62,964 bases of DNA, filler included, from Stramenopiles sp. TOSAG23-3 (GCA_900128585.1; 45 parts of 45 records of this genome joined end to end with filler, not necessarily neighbours in it), one strand, 5' to 3'. Shown: positions 22,838 to 34,189, counted from the whole stretch's first letter. The notes: generated by a model from the sequence alone, not told the origin. Translations and numbers: made by a program.

Positions 22838-23641
22838 ATGGAAGCATCAGCATCAGTATTGGCGGCAGAGCTGGCGAAGCCGTTGGACGGCTCTGACCTT
22901 GCGAACGGTGTCGCAGCACACGCGGAAGTGATGCGCCTGCGCAAGTTGATGAAGGTCCTCTCTGTAGACGACGCGGCGGCTGCTCCTGCAGAGACCGCAG
23001 ATGAGCTCAGCCGAGACTCGCTGGTGTGCGGGTGGGCAGGCGCAGGGTTCTATTCTATGGGGATCGGTAGGAACGCAGCCTCCCTGCTGGTGGAGAGCGA
23101 TGCGACCTTTGCCGTCAAGATGACGAATGGGTACAACGAGCGCTCCGTGACAGGTGTTGGTAGGGTGGTGGGTGTGGAAGCGAGGTGCGTCAGGCGCGAG
23201 TTTGATATGGTCTTGGACTTGACTTTTGAGCTGCGAGGGAATTTTGAGGGGAACCTACCTCCGGGGGTCGAGGCGCCGAAAATGGCCTCATCGTTGAAGG
23301 AGTGGTGTCACTGCACTACCCACGGTGAGATGATGGAACCTGCTGAGGATGACGAGGAGTTCGACGAGGCACGTGTTCGTTGGGAGGCCTCAGAGGCACA
23401 TTTTTTCACCGAAATGTTTTCTTTCCCGGTCCCTGCGCACTTGTGCCCACCCCTTAGGACGGAGCAAGAGGAACAGGTAGATCGCTTCACTGAGTGTAAA
23501 GAGCCCGTGCGAGCATGGGTGCTGGAAGCGGCCGCTGCGTTTGCGAAAAAAGTACAGGAGATGCGAGATTACGAATTGGAAGAATGGGGACAAGACGGAT
23601 GGGTTGCTCAAATGACCGCAAAGCTCAAACATCTTAAATAG
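22838..23641 (+). CDS. Hypothetical protein, complete, about 267 aa
   Basis: ATG to TAG, GC-rich, with AT-rich flanks. Confidence 0.75.
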   Translation: MEASASVLAAELAKPLDGSDLANGVAAHAEVMRLRKLMKVLSVDDAAAAPAETADELSRDSLVCGWAGAGFYSMGIGRNAASLLVESDATFAVKMTNGYNERSVTGVGRVVGVEARCVRREFDMVLDLTFELRGNFEGNLPPGVEAPKMASSLKEWCHCTTHGEMMEPAEDDEEFDEARVRWEASEAHFFTEMFSFPVPAHLCPPLRTEQEEQVDRFTECKEPVRAWVLEAAAAFAKKVQEMRDYELEEWGQDGWVAQMTAKLKHLK

Positions 23642-23988
23642 GAGGGTGTCTGCTGAGTTCGTACCAAAAACACAAAAATCCAAGTCATACATAATTAGGT
23701 ACAGCATGAGTAAGATCATTCATAAATTTTGTTGTGAATATATTTGTTGAATTTTAATGTTAAAAATAGTCAACAATCAAAAATATAATTTGTTTTTTCA
23801 TACTGTAAATAATATTTTTATCGCTTTCTTTACCTATCATACCAAAAAGCTAGGGTTAGGCTTGCCCACCAGAAACCAAAAACGAAGNNNNNNNNNNNNN
23901 NNNNNNNNNNNNNNNNNNNNNNNNNNNNNNNTTAATTAATTAANNNNNNNNNNNNNNNNNNNNNNNNNNNNNNNNNNNNNNNNNNNNG

Positions 23989-25290
23989 GAATTGTTCCAA
24001 TCCAAGTGGAAGTCTCTGCATCCTATGTTTGCAATGGAAGATGTTCGAAGTTTCATTCCCCTCGAAGCAAGAAAATTTACCACTTTAGATAACGCATGGA
24101 AACGAATCATGAGCGATTTGAGACGGGAAACGTCACTATCAAATATGATGAGCTACGCTGACTTACGAGTACAGATGTCTAGAGGAGTGGACACAATGGA
24201 AGAAATATTTTCCATAAAACGTATATACCTGAACACGAAAAGAGCTCAGTGCCCGCGCTTGTATCTTCTGGACGACATCTCTATGTTGAGCTTGATGTCC
24301 TCCGACAATCATTTGCCTTTCATGAAAGCTATCATGCGAAGAATTTTTCCTGGTGTGACAAGCTTTGATACAATTGAAAAAGAATTAATAAAGACATATG
24401 AAGATGGGGAAAGTGAATCATCAGAAGACGATTGGTTGTCCGAAGACGGATGGAAGCACTCCACCATTGAAATCCATACTCTCCATGGGCACCATGGCGA
24501 GACGCTCCGTCTAATGAACGATGTCGTATGCGACGTGCAGACATTTCCCACTTGGACAAATTGTCTGGAGAAAGAGATGAAAAAATCTGTAGCTGCCCAA
24601 CTCGTTGATTTAGAAAGTTCCATTGAAAATCGAGCGAAAGCCAAGTCAGTACAGGTAAATGTTGTGTAGGATAAAATTCTATGGACGAACTTGACGCATG
24701 ATCATGTACTGAACGGGACTTTAAATATGATTGTGCGTTATATTAACGATGACATTAGGTGCCTGGTGCAACTGCTGCGAAGTAATGTGGCCCATAATGT
24801 GCAGTACAATATTCATGCGTTGCTAGAATGGAAACTTCACTCACGAGATACGACGCAATATCTTATCGATTCCAATGTTACGTCCGAAAGTGATTACAGT
24901 TGGCAAACCTTGCAACGCTATCATCTGTGGGGTGGAATGGAAGACGATGATGCGGGGAAAGAGGTAGAAAAAGACGATAGCAGTAACGCTCCTCAAAAAG
25001 ATGCCGTGCAGATACATTGGATGAATAGAACCATTAGTTACGAGAACGAGTATATAGGAGATTGGTCCCACGTGGTAATTCATCCATTAAACGATAGGTG
25101 CCACCAGAATTTAATGAGCATTTTCCACTCAATAAAAGATCCTGCCTTTATGTGGGGAGAGTCTTGCGCTGAAAAAGAGTCTACATTATCATCGTTGGCG
25201 TCATGTTTTGGAATACCTACTGTTGTTATTCCAAGCTCAACACGTACCCCACTGCAAACGTTTGTTGATAAGTTGAAAGGGATCTCATCT
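23989..25290 (+). CDS. Divergent dynein heavy chain fragment (linker to start of AAA1) with an in-frame TAG at 24667-24669
   Basis: FQSKWKSLHPMF, EARKF..LDNAWK.IM, YLNTKRAQCPRLYLL, HGETLRL, HSRD, WQTLQRY, YENEYIG...VIHPLNDRC; Walker A degenerate (GESCAEKES). Confidence 0.85.
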
Positions 25291-25390
25291 NNNNNNNNNN
25301 NNNNNNNNNNNNNNNNNNNNNNNNNNNNNNNNNNTTAATTAATTAANNNNNNNNNNNNNNNNNNNNNNNNNNNNNNNNNNNNNNNNNNNN

Positions 25391-26693
25391 CTGCTCGTCG
25401 TTGGAAATGTGGATCCAAATCTGGGCGTTCACCTGCTTGGGACATTAGATGCGCTTGGTTGGCTGCTGGAGAACAATTTTCCAGTAGACTACCTTGCGGT
25501 CACAAATCCTGTAGATCGTGAAGGTAGTCTAACGCCTAAACTCTCATTCACAGCACCCATGTATGCCGCACGAAGAAATGGGATTGTTGTCCCGTTGCAA
25601 GGTGTGGAAATCCAAGAAATCCCAACGGAAAACAACGTTGAACAAATTTCCAGCTTAATTGGTAGCCAACTCATGAAGATCTACGAAAAGATGGAAAATA
25701 ATGTGCCCGAACATATAGCTCTTGTCGGTGGGCAGGATGTTGTTCCATCAGCTTTGGCAGGGGGTGCAATGACTGATCGTATTTATGGAAATTCAGAGTT
25801 TGCTCTCGCTGGCCATCAACACATTGGCGTGGGGCGTATTTACACGTTGAACCTTTCAATGGCAAGTATTTTAGCTTCACGAACGGTGAACCACCAGCTA
25901 TTAAAAGACGGCGTGTGGGATCGATCTTTCGTCGAATGTGGGTCGTGGCCATCACCTGAACTTAGAGTCGCGTTTCAAAATGCTGGGTACAGTCCAGCAG
26001 AAAATCAAGAGCACATTTTCTGCTGGACTGAAGTGGAATGTGCTCTTGATTTAGCAGAAAATCGAGAGCACACTTTTGGAAAAAACATAATCGATGTACC
26101 AACTGTTAATGCATCGGTGTTGTTGCATGGTGCACACTCCTCCCCCTTTGATTTGGGTCATTTTTACAATATTCACAACAACACGACAATATTTTCGAAT
26201 TCGCTGTTGATATCTGGTGGTTGCTCTACAGCACAAATTGAAGCCGGACCCCCATCAGTAGCTGGGCATTTTCTTGGCCGTGGCGGGATAGCGTTTATCG
26301 GAGCAACACGTCCGTTCTCATCTACAAACAATTACATGCGGGAGAAAATAGGTCTCTCTATCCTTGACAACGGAGCAAGTGGAAAAACACTCGGGCAAGC
26401 CAGCAAATTTGCGTTGAATTCGACCATGGCTATTCAGTCTTGTGAATATCATTTTGTGCTTACAGGCAGAGGAATTGTCTGTCTTAATAATTCGATGACA
26501 TTTGGCGATCCTGGTCTTGTGCTACCGAATACAACACCGTCAACTACTGGTGCAAAGTATAAATTTGAGGCAGGTATTGTCACAGTGGAAGGACCGTCGA
26601 AATGGGATTTCGCCCTTCGGCACAAAAAAAGTGGCAAAAAAATGTCAAAAAGCATGCCATCCCTAGTCATATCCTCGCCCTCAAACCAGGCCA
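25391..26693 (+). CDS. Peptidase C25 (gingipain-like) domain protein, partial
   Basis: IALVGG..VVP, TDRIYG, IGVGRI, putative dyad GAHSS and SGGCSTA, GGIAFIGATR, TLGQA, FGDP. Confidence 0.75.
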
Positions 26694-26793
26694 NNNNNNN
26701 NNNNNNNNNNNNNNNNNNNNNNNNNNNNNNNNNNNNNTTAATTAATTAANNNNNNNNNNNNNNNNNNNNNNNNNNNNNNNNNNNNNNNNNNNN

Positions 26794-26872
26794 GAAAGAA
26801 AGAAAGAAAGAAAGAAAGAGTCGAAAGAAAGAGTCGAAAGAAAGAGTCGAAAGAAAGAAAGAAAGAAAGAAA
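26794..26872 (+). repeat. (GAAA)n microsatellite with GAGTC interruptions
   Basis: Directly visible; the same interruption occurs in the repeat at 41400-41495. Confidence 0.85.
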
Positions 26873-27056
26873 CAACCCAACAATAGAGAGGAAAACATTA
26901 ATTGGATAATAAGTATACAGATACAGTACAGAATATCGTTCTTAATTATAAAAATACAATGGGAAGGAGAATAATTTTATAAAAATAGAGTATATATATT
27001 TAAAATTAACTTTTCTTACCTAACCCTAACCTTACAGTGTAATGCACACTGCAATT

Positions 27057-27191
27057 GGAGTGTTGGCGCAACGGTAGCGCGTCGGATTCCAGACCCGAAG
27101 GTTGCGTGTTCAAATCGTAAGTTCCTTAAAATTTCAACCAACATGGAAATAACATTATTAACAACAAACTAAAAATCAGACGCACATTCCA
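27057..27191 (+). tRNA. trnW: tRNA-Trp(CCA), split: exon 1 27057-27116, exon 2 27180-27191
   Basis: Joined sequence GGAGTGT TG GCGC AACGGTA GCGC G TCGGA TTCCAGA CCCGA AGGTT GCGTG TTCAAAT CACGC ACATTCC A is 72 nt with a 7-bp acceptor stem, D-arm, CCA anticodon and 5-bp T-stem. Confidence 0.92.
27117..27179 (+). other. 63-nt GT-AG intron-like insert in the tRNA T-stem, between positions 61 and 62
   Basis: Begins GTAAGT, ends CAG, branch-like TATTAAC at 27156-27162; exact removal restores CACGC of the T-stem. Confidence 0.8.
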
Positions 27192-27199
27192 ATCACTTA

Positions 27200-27214
27200 T
27201 TTTTTTTCTTTTTT
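27200..27214 (+). terminator. Pol III oligo-T terminator of the tRNA-Trp gene
   Basis: T8 and then T6 runs starting 9 nt after the discriminator base. Confidence 0.75.
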
Positions 27215-27518
27215 CCAATGATATACATCTGTATTACTTTCTTGTTTTAAGGTACACGTGGCGACAGTATATAAGTTCCTTAAAATACAAACAGGGGCGT
27301 AGCAGGGTTAAAAGAAAGATCTCATTTCCTTTTTTTGCAATGCTCTGTCTCTGTATTTCTTATACTAGACGACTAACAAAACAAGAACAAATAAAATAAT
27401 AAAACCAAAAAACGAGAAGAAAAAAATTAACGTTCTATGAGATTCTATGTTTACTACTTCTTCAATTAGGAAAACATTGACGCCTTCCAGACGTTCCCTC
27501 CATAACCACCCATCACCA

Positions 27519-28096
27519 TCACCCGATGGGTACGTTGACCTGCACCTTCATTCCTGGGAAACAGCCGGTCGGACAGGTGACTGTGTGGTTCCTCCCCTCC
27601 TGTGTTCGTACGACGAACGGCATGCCTGGCGAAATGCCCGCCGGGATAGCAACCACCAGGCGCATCATCTGCCGCTGCTGCTGCGGCATCATCCTCTGCT
27701 GCTGCTGGGGCATCATCCTCTGCTGCTGCTGGGGATGGGGCTGACCTGCTCCTCCGGGCGGCGCCAATCCCCTCTGGGAGCCGTGGCTGCTCCCTCGGGA
27801 CATTTTCAGGTACGGCTGAAACCCTATCGCCTCTCCCGGGGCCAAGTGCTCCGGCGTGGCGACCAACTTTCCCTCCACAAAGTCGATAAACCGCTTCGAG
27901 TAAGTCCCTGGGTCCACGGCGCTAATGTTCCTGTCCGACGCCTTCTTCGATCGGGATATGTAATCCTGCTGAAGCCCGCAGTTCCCGCACACAAATTCAA
28001 AGATGTGGACGCCCTCCACGTCGCTCAGGGGGACCATGATAGAGTTGTTCGATTTGCACCCCAAGCAAGCGTGCCGCTCAATTCGAAACTTTCGCG
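27519..28096 (-). CDS. C-terminal part of a protein with a Q-rich linker and a VxxPxGxxPG repeat module
   Basis: QQQQRMMP repeats, then VAIPAGISPGMPFVV...VTCPTGCFPGMKVQV. Confidence 0.75.
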
Positions 28097-28762
28097 NNNN
28101 NNNNNNNNNNNNNNNNNNNNNNNNNNNNNNNNNNNNNNNNTTAATTAATTAANNNNNNNNNNNNNNNNNNNNNNNNNNNNNNNNNNNNNNNNNNNNTTTT
28201 TAACCCTTCTTCTTCATGATTACCAAAATAGGTATGTACAATTGTTGTCAATTGTAAGCGGAATCTTTGTTCATTAAAACTCATTCACTCGAAGAAGAAG
28301 CTCCCTAGCCTAAAACAATCCGAAAAAATAAAAGTTTAAAGGAAGGAAAGTACTTTAACACAACGAGAGCATAGCTATAACCGGCATTAATGTATTGCAA
28401 GTTACATTAAAATAATCTATCAGATTACTATTACTACTACTACTACTATATGTAAGGGAAATAGCATCCTATATATATTATAGATCACTCATCAAATATT
28501 TATAATGAAAATTTCATCCATCTCATCGATATAGTATATTTTGTCGTCTTTGGCTGTTTTCAACAGGGTCGGATTCTTTGTTGATGGATATTACTTTTCA
28601 TCGCTTGGTACTGTGTGCCCTTGTTCCCCTTCTACTACTAAACACGAACGCGGCATGGTCCTTAAAACCACAAACACTTAATGCTTTAAAAGACTGCCAG
28701 ACCCCTTAAATCAGCAGGGTCATGGTGCCGGAGGTACCTCTAATTATTAACCAGACACAGCC

Positions 28763-28818
28763 ACTGATATGACCGAGCAAATCATTCTTGACTGATATGA
28801 CCGAGCAAATCATTCTTG
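28763..28818 (+). repeat. Perfect 28-bp tandem duplication
   Basis: ACTGATATGACCGAGCAAATCATTCTTG twice. Confidence 0.95.
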
Positions 28819-29029
28819 GAATCCTAAGAGAAGGATCGGGTATCGTCTGGTATTATAGTAAAACACGTTGAAGAGCGAAGTGAACTGAAAAATCAGGCAA
28901 TGTACAAGCAGATGTAAGGCTGGTATACCATTTAGAGGCGAACCTGTTGGTCCTTCTTTATGCTCAACATTACAACCACAGCACCGCACCCCGAACCTTC
29001 ACCACCGCAACAAAAAACCTCAACGACGA

Positions 29030-29300
29030 TTCCGCATACCGACCTGAACGACTCTCACCCGCCATCTCAACTCATTAATGACCATTCCTTTACCGAATTA
29101 CAAGACAAGACAACGAGCACCTTTAAAGCATTTACGCCGCTGCTTAATACATCACACAAGTTCTGTCTCATCAATGAGCGAGATAACGGATGAAGAAGTT
29201 GACTATGGGTCATCTAACATCGTCGAAAATTCTTCAGATATCAATTCTGATCATGCATGGAGTACACAAGATGGTAATAGTGAAGACTAAATGACAAGAG
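29030..29300 (+). repeat. Degenerate dispersed repeat, homologous to 15248-15438 and partly to 29430-29498
   Basis: Collinear shared blocks ACCGAC, AATGAC, AGACAACGAG, ACGCCGC, CACACAAG, AAGACTAA(A/G)TGACAAG. Confidence 0.7.
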
Positions 29301-29598
29301 GAAATTGATCAAGAAAAGCACAGGAGCAAAAATAAATTCGCAGTACATGAAGGACGTAAAACTTTACTAGACATAATTTTGAATATTTCAACAACAGCCA
29401 TTATTTTGTTTTTATTATGCCGAAACGATCAAACTCAATACCGATCATTATTTCATAGAGCAGTACAACAGACAACGAGCCCTTCAAAAACATTTATGNN
29501 NNNNNNNNNNNNNNNNNNNNNNNNNNNNNNNNNNNNNNNNNNTTAATTAATTAANNNNNNNNNNNNNNNNNNNNNNNNNNNNNNNNNNNNNNNNNNNN

Positions 29599-30900
29599 AG
29601 CGTGCTGGGAATTACCGCGATCGAAGACCGGCTACAGGACGGGGTGCCAAGCACCATTCGGGACCTGGCGGACGCGGGGATAAAGCTTTGGGTCCTGACC
29701 GGCGACAAGCAGGAGACGGCGGTGAACATTGGGTACTCCTGCTCGCTCCTGGACGACACGACGAACGTCATCATCATCGATGGCAAGGACCGAGCGACCG
29801 TGGACAGGCAGCTGGAAAAATTCTGCGAGGCGTTCGGTGCCATCGCAAAGAAGAGAAACATCCTGCAAAAGGCCTGGAACGAGGTGAAGGGCGCGGCCCA
29901 CATGTTCGCCACGACCCTGCTGACGGTGGGCACCATCGCCGTCCGCGGGGCGACACCCCACGGGCTGGAAGACCGACGTGGCGAAAAGCGCGCCAGCGCC
30001 TCGGGCCGGCTGGCGCTGGTCATCCCCGGGTGCAGCCTGGAACACATCCCGGACTTTCCCAAAAAAGCCAAGAAGTTCGTCGGTCTTGGAAAGCTCTGCG
30101 ACGTCCTCATCGCGTGCCGGGTAAGCCCGTCGCAGAAGGCGAAGCTTGTCCGCGTCGTGCGAAAGTACGCCAACGTGGACGAGGAGAAAATTGGAGGGGA
30201 CACGCAGGAGGAGCCGATGACGCTTGCCATAGGGGACGGCGCCAACGACGTCGGAATGATTCTGGAGGCCCACCTGGGGGTCGGGATCAGTGGAAAGGAG
30301 GGGATGCAGGCAGTGAACAACAGCGACTTTGCGATAGCCCAGTTTCGGTTCCTTCGCCGCCTCCTGCTGATTCATGGGCGATGGAGCTACCTGCGAACGG
30401 CAAAGGTATTTTTGTACTCGTTCTCCAAGAACGTGGCCCTGGTCTTCACGCTGTTCTTCTTCGCCACGGACTCGGCGTTCAGCGGCCAGTCGTTGTACAC
30501 GAGCTGGCTCTACGCAGGGTACAACTTTTACCTTGGGATGCCGATCATCGCCGTCGGGTTCTTAACGAAAGACATCAGCTCCGAGAGTGTGCTGAAGGTT
30601 CCCCAGCTGTACGCGACGGGGAGGCTGAACATGCTCCTCAGCCTTGAGAGCATGGTGGAGTGGGTCGTCATGGGTTTTTTGTACGCGTTTGTCGTCTACT
30701 TTGTTGGGCGGCGGACGGGGCAGGAGGTGGAGGGCTTTGAGAGTTTTGGGACGCGGGTTCTGTTCTGCCTGATCGTGATGATGCAGGTCAAGGTCGTCCG
30801 AATCACCGATACCTTCACCGTGGTGTCTGGGTACTTTCAGGCATTCTCCTGGCTGCTGTTTTTCTCCTCCGTTGCCATCCTGGACTACATCCCTTGGTTT
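29599..30900 (+). CDS. P4-type ATPase (phospholipid flippase), partial
   Basis: GITAIEDRLQDGV, WVLTGDKQETAVNIGYSC, CRVSPSQKA, AIGDGANDV, GISGKEGMQA, LLLIHGRWSY. Confidence 0.98.
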
Positions 30901-31000
30901 NNNNNNNNNNNNNNNNNNNNNNNNNNNNNNNNNNNNNNNNNNNNTTAATTAATTAANNNNNNNNNNNNNNNNNNNNNNNNNNNNNNNNNNNNNNNNNNNN

Positions 31001-32301
31001 GACAACAACATCACGTTGGGAAAGCAAATCAACAGCCTGAAGCGCCGGTGCGAGCTGCTGCAGCACAAACTAGACGTCTGCAACGACAACAACGTCCAAA
31101 CCCTCCAAAAAATTGCAGAGCACCGGCAGGAGCGGGTCACGGCCCTAGAAATTTACACCAAACAATCCTTGGAACTGCTGGCGATCGACCAGGGAATGCT
31201 GAAAGAGGTAAAGAAAAAGAAGAAAAAACTCTTGCCGGAGGAGATCAGGACGAAAAGACTAAGACGCCACGTGAAACGGATCAGGAGCCGGGTCCTGGCG
31301 TCCGTCAAGAAGTTCGAAAAGACCAGGGATGCGCTGAAAGCTGAGATTGAACGAGAAACCGAAATGGCAAAAAAAATGAGGCGCATGTCCCTGGCAAAGT
31401 CTACAAAGGATAACACTAGGGACACGGCGGACAGGGCGGAGCAAATGATGAAGCAGCGGGCAACCATGAAAAAACGTACTCTAATGCTTGCAATGAGAAA
31501 GGCCTCATCCCACCAACTGCACGAAAAATTGAAGTCTGCGATGGGAGCTCGCGAAATGTTTACCAAGATCGTGGACGTCAAACGCAGGTTTGGCAACAGT
31601 ACGGACGGGAGCGGAAACGAAGCGTTGGATGTGACAGACGGGCCGCCGACTCGGCAAGAGATCGAAGAAGTCATTCAAGACTTTGTCATCAGGGGGCAAC
31701 AGTTGGACTCCTTGATGAACCAGAACAATAGCCTGGCAAAGCAGGTCGAAAAGAAAACGAAGCTCGTCCTTGAGCTGGAAGAAAAGGTTCATGGAAACGC
31801 AAAAATTCGCAAAAAGCGAGACGAGATCAGGCAGAAAGAACTCCACCTGGAGAATGTCAAGAAGGCGGCCCAGGGGTACTCGGAACTGTACAGTGCTGGG
31901 AACGAGATGGTCAAAAATTTAAAGCCTTCCGTGCATCGATTGTTTGTCATGCTGAAATGCCATAACCAAATAAAAGGAAACATCAAAAACGTGTACTTTG
32001 AAAAGGACGAGTTGGACAAAGTAGACCTAGGGCTCGGCAGCAAGGTGGACGACGCCATTCCCAATAGCGACAATGTGCTTGGGGAAGAATCCGTTGAATC
32101 CGCAGGCAGCTCCAAAACCACTGAAGTCAAGGATGACTTGGGGGAGGAGCAGCCAGCCTCCAAAAGTTCGGAAGCGGACCTCCGCAGTGTATCTTCGGAA
32201 ACGTCGAGCGAGGAGGGCGAGAGGCGCGACAGCGAAGTCTCGGTTCACCAAGAGGACGTTTTTTACTACCACAACCCCATGTTGGCGTTGGGGGTCATTG
32301 A
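31001..32301 (+). CDS. Coiled-coil protein, possibly related to outer dynein arm docking complex subunits, partial
   Basis: Long K/E/R heptads; ends NPMLALGVI, reminiscent of the ODA-DC N..LG.IE motif. Confidence 0.55.
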
Positions 32302-32401
32302 NNNNNNNNNNNNNNNNNNNNNNNNNNNNNNNNNNNNNNNNNNNNTTAATTAATTAANNNNNNNNNNNNNNNNNNNNNNNNNNNNNNNNNNNNNNNNNNN
32401 N

Positions 32402-33702
32402 CTTGGCCTCTTGCCGGAGACTTGGATCCCGCCTTTCTCCCATCCCATCCTGGAAGTGCAGATTCGAGGCTCCCAGAATCGTGGAGTGCGCCGACAGAGT
32501 GCGGGACAACTACCGCGGCACCCGAGAAAGAAAGGAAAACTGCCGCGTTTAATGACCACGAGGAAAGGCGAAGCAAGGAGTTTCTCATTCGCAACTTTAC
32601 GCTTCCAGACGAAGAGACGACTTACGCCGACTTTGTGTTTAACTTTGACGACACATCACATGACTTGTTCCATATAGTCTATGGCGAAGCGATCGTGGAC
32701 CTGCCGTGGGCACTGCACCACTTTGTGGTGACTGGCTGTTCCGAAAAAATTTCGCCCGACATGGAAGGAGTTTTCCTTCAGAAAGTGCCGGAGTATTGCA
32801 ACTTGCCCGTTGGTGGCTTTTCTGGGTGGGCCCCAGGCGCAACCCTTTGGGATATGCCCCTTGACTCTGGTGTACCTATTGGGAAAGGTGTTAACATTGT
32901 TGCATTCTCTTTGAATGTTCATTTTACGGACGCCGACAAAGCGCCGCCGGAAGACAAGCCGGTGTCGTCGGAGGATGGAATCAGAGTGTTCTACACACCA
33001 ACCCTGCGACCCAGAACGGCGTACAGCACGAACGCCATTAACATTGGGTCCGGGCCTCCGGAAATGTTCATTCCCCCTAATACCCATCGATCTTTCATTC
33101 ACCGACAGTGCACTGTCAGACACAGGTGTGATGATTTCACTCACTGGAACGAGCAAAAGGTCTCTTGTTCCCCATCGTTGTGCGGAACTGAAACCAAAGT
33201 GTTGTGCCCGAAAACGTGTGGGCTTTGCTCACCAGAAGAAGAAAACGAGTCGATTGAATTATTCAGCATGTTCTACCACGCCCATTTGCTGGGAAGGGAG
33301 ATGTACGCGTCGCTTACAAAACCCGATGGAACTGTGGTTGATCTCAATTCCCAAAAGTTTTGGAGCTTCGATGATCAAGTGATGTACCACTTTGAAGACC
33401 CAGTAACGATTCGATCCGGGGACAAACTGGATGTTAGTTGCGTCTTTGATTCTCGGGAAAGGGAAGAAAACACCCCATTGGGACTATCGACATACGATGA
33501 GATGTGCATTCACTCCCTCTTAACCTTGCACAACACTTCCAACTCGCGAGAGAGCTTTCGCTTTGGAGCGTTTACTTGCGACGGAAACATTTGGAACGGA
33601 GAATTGAGAGACGGAGAGAGTGGGATTTCAATACCACAAATTTATCCCGAAGATCACGCAGAGAAAGTCTGGACCGCCAGATTTGATGGGTCCGTGATCA
33701 AA
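32402..33702 (+). CDS. Copper type II ascorbate-dependent monooxygenase (DBH/MOXD1-like) with a ShKT-like insert, partial
   Basis: LHHF, WAPG, NVHF, HAHLLGR, FDDQ, DEMC; insert ending CPKTCGLC. Confidence 0.9.
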
Positions 33703-34189
33703 NNNNNNNNNNNNNNNNNNNNNNNNNNNNNNNNNNNNNNNNNNNNTTAATTAATTAANNNNNNNNNNNNNNNNNNNNNNNNNNNNNNNNNNNNNNNNNN
33801 NNGATCAGTTTCAGAAATTTTTTTAAAAAAAGAAGAAAGAAAAAGGAAAAGAAGGACGAAGAACAAACAACGAAGAAGAACAAAAAGAAAGAGAGAAGAA
33901 GAGAACGAAGAAGAAATAATAAATATTTTTTAGAGAAGAAGGAAGAAGAAGAAGGAAGAATAATAATAATAAATAAGAAAGAAGAATTAACAGAAGAAGA
34001 AGAGAGAATGTACGTTTACAGTTAGTTCTAAAGAAGAGAATAAGATGTCTATATGGAGTAGAAGAAAAACAATAAATGTATTGAATGTATGGTTTGAACA
34101 CCTGATTATAAAAGTAAGAATTACGTTTTCGTTACTCGCATTACGCTAGATTCACGGTCGTGTAGTTTTCTCTTTCCCTTGATTCAGCA

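Noticed and set aside
27019-27031. CCTAACCCTAACC telomere-like motif upstream of the tRNA
   Set aside because: Only about two units and internal, so not evidence of a telomere.
28763-28818. 28-bp direct repeat as a CRISPR candidate
   Set aside because: Two adjacent copies with no spacer and no cas genes.
29547-30647. Long overlapping alternative-frame and antisense ORFs
   Set aside because: Expected shadows of a GC-rich P4-ATPase coding region.
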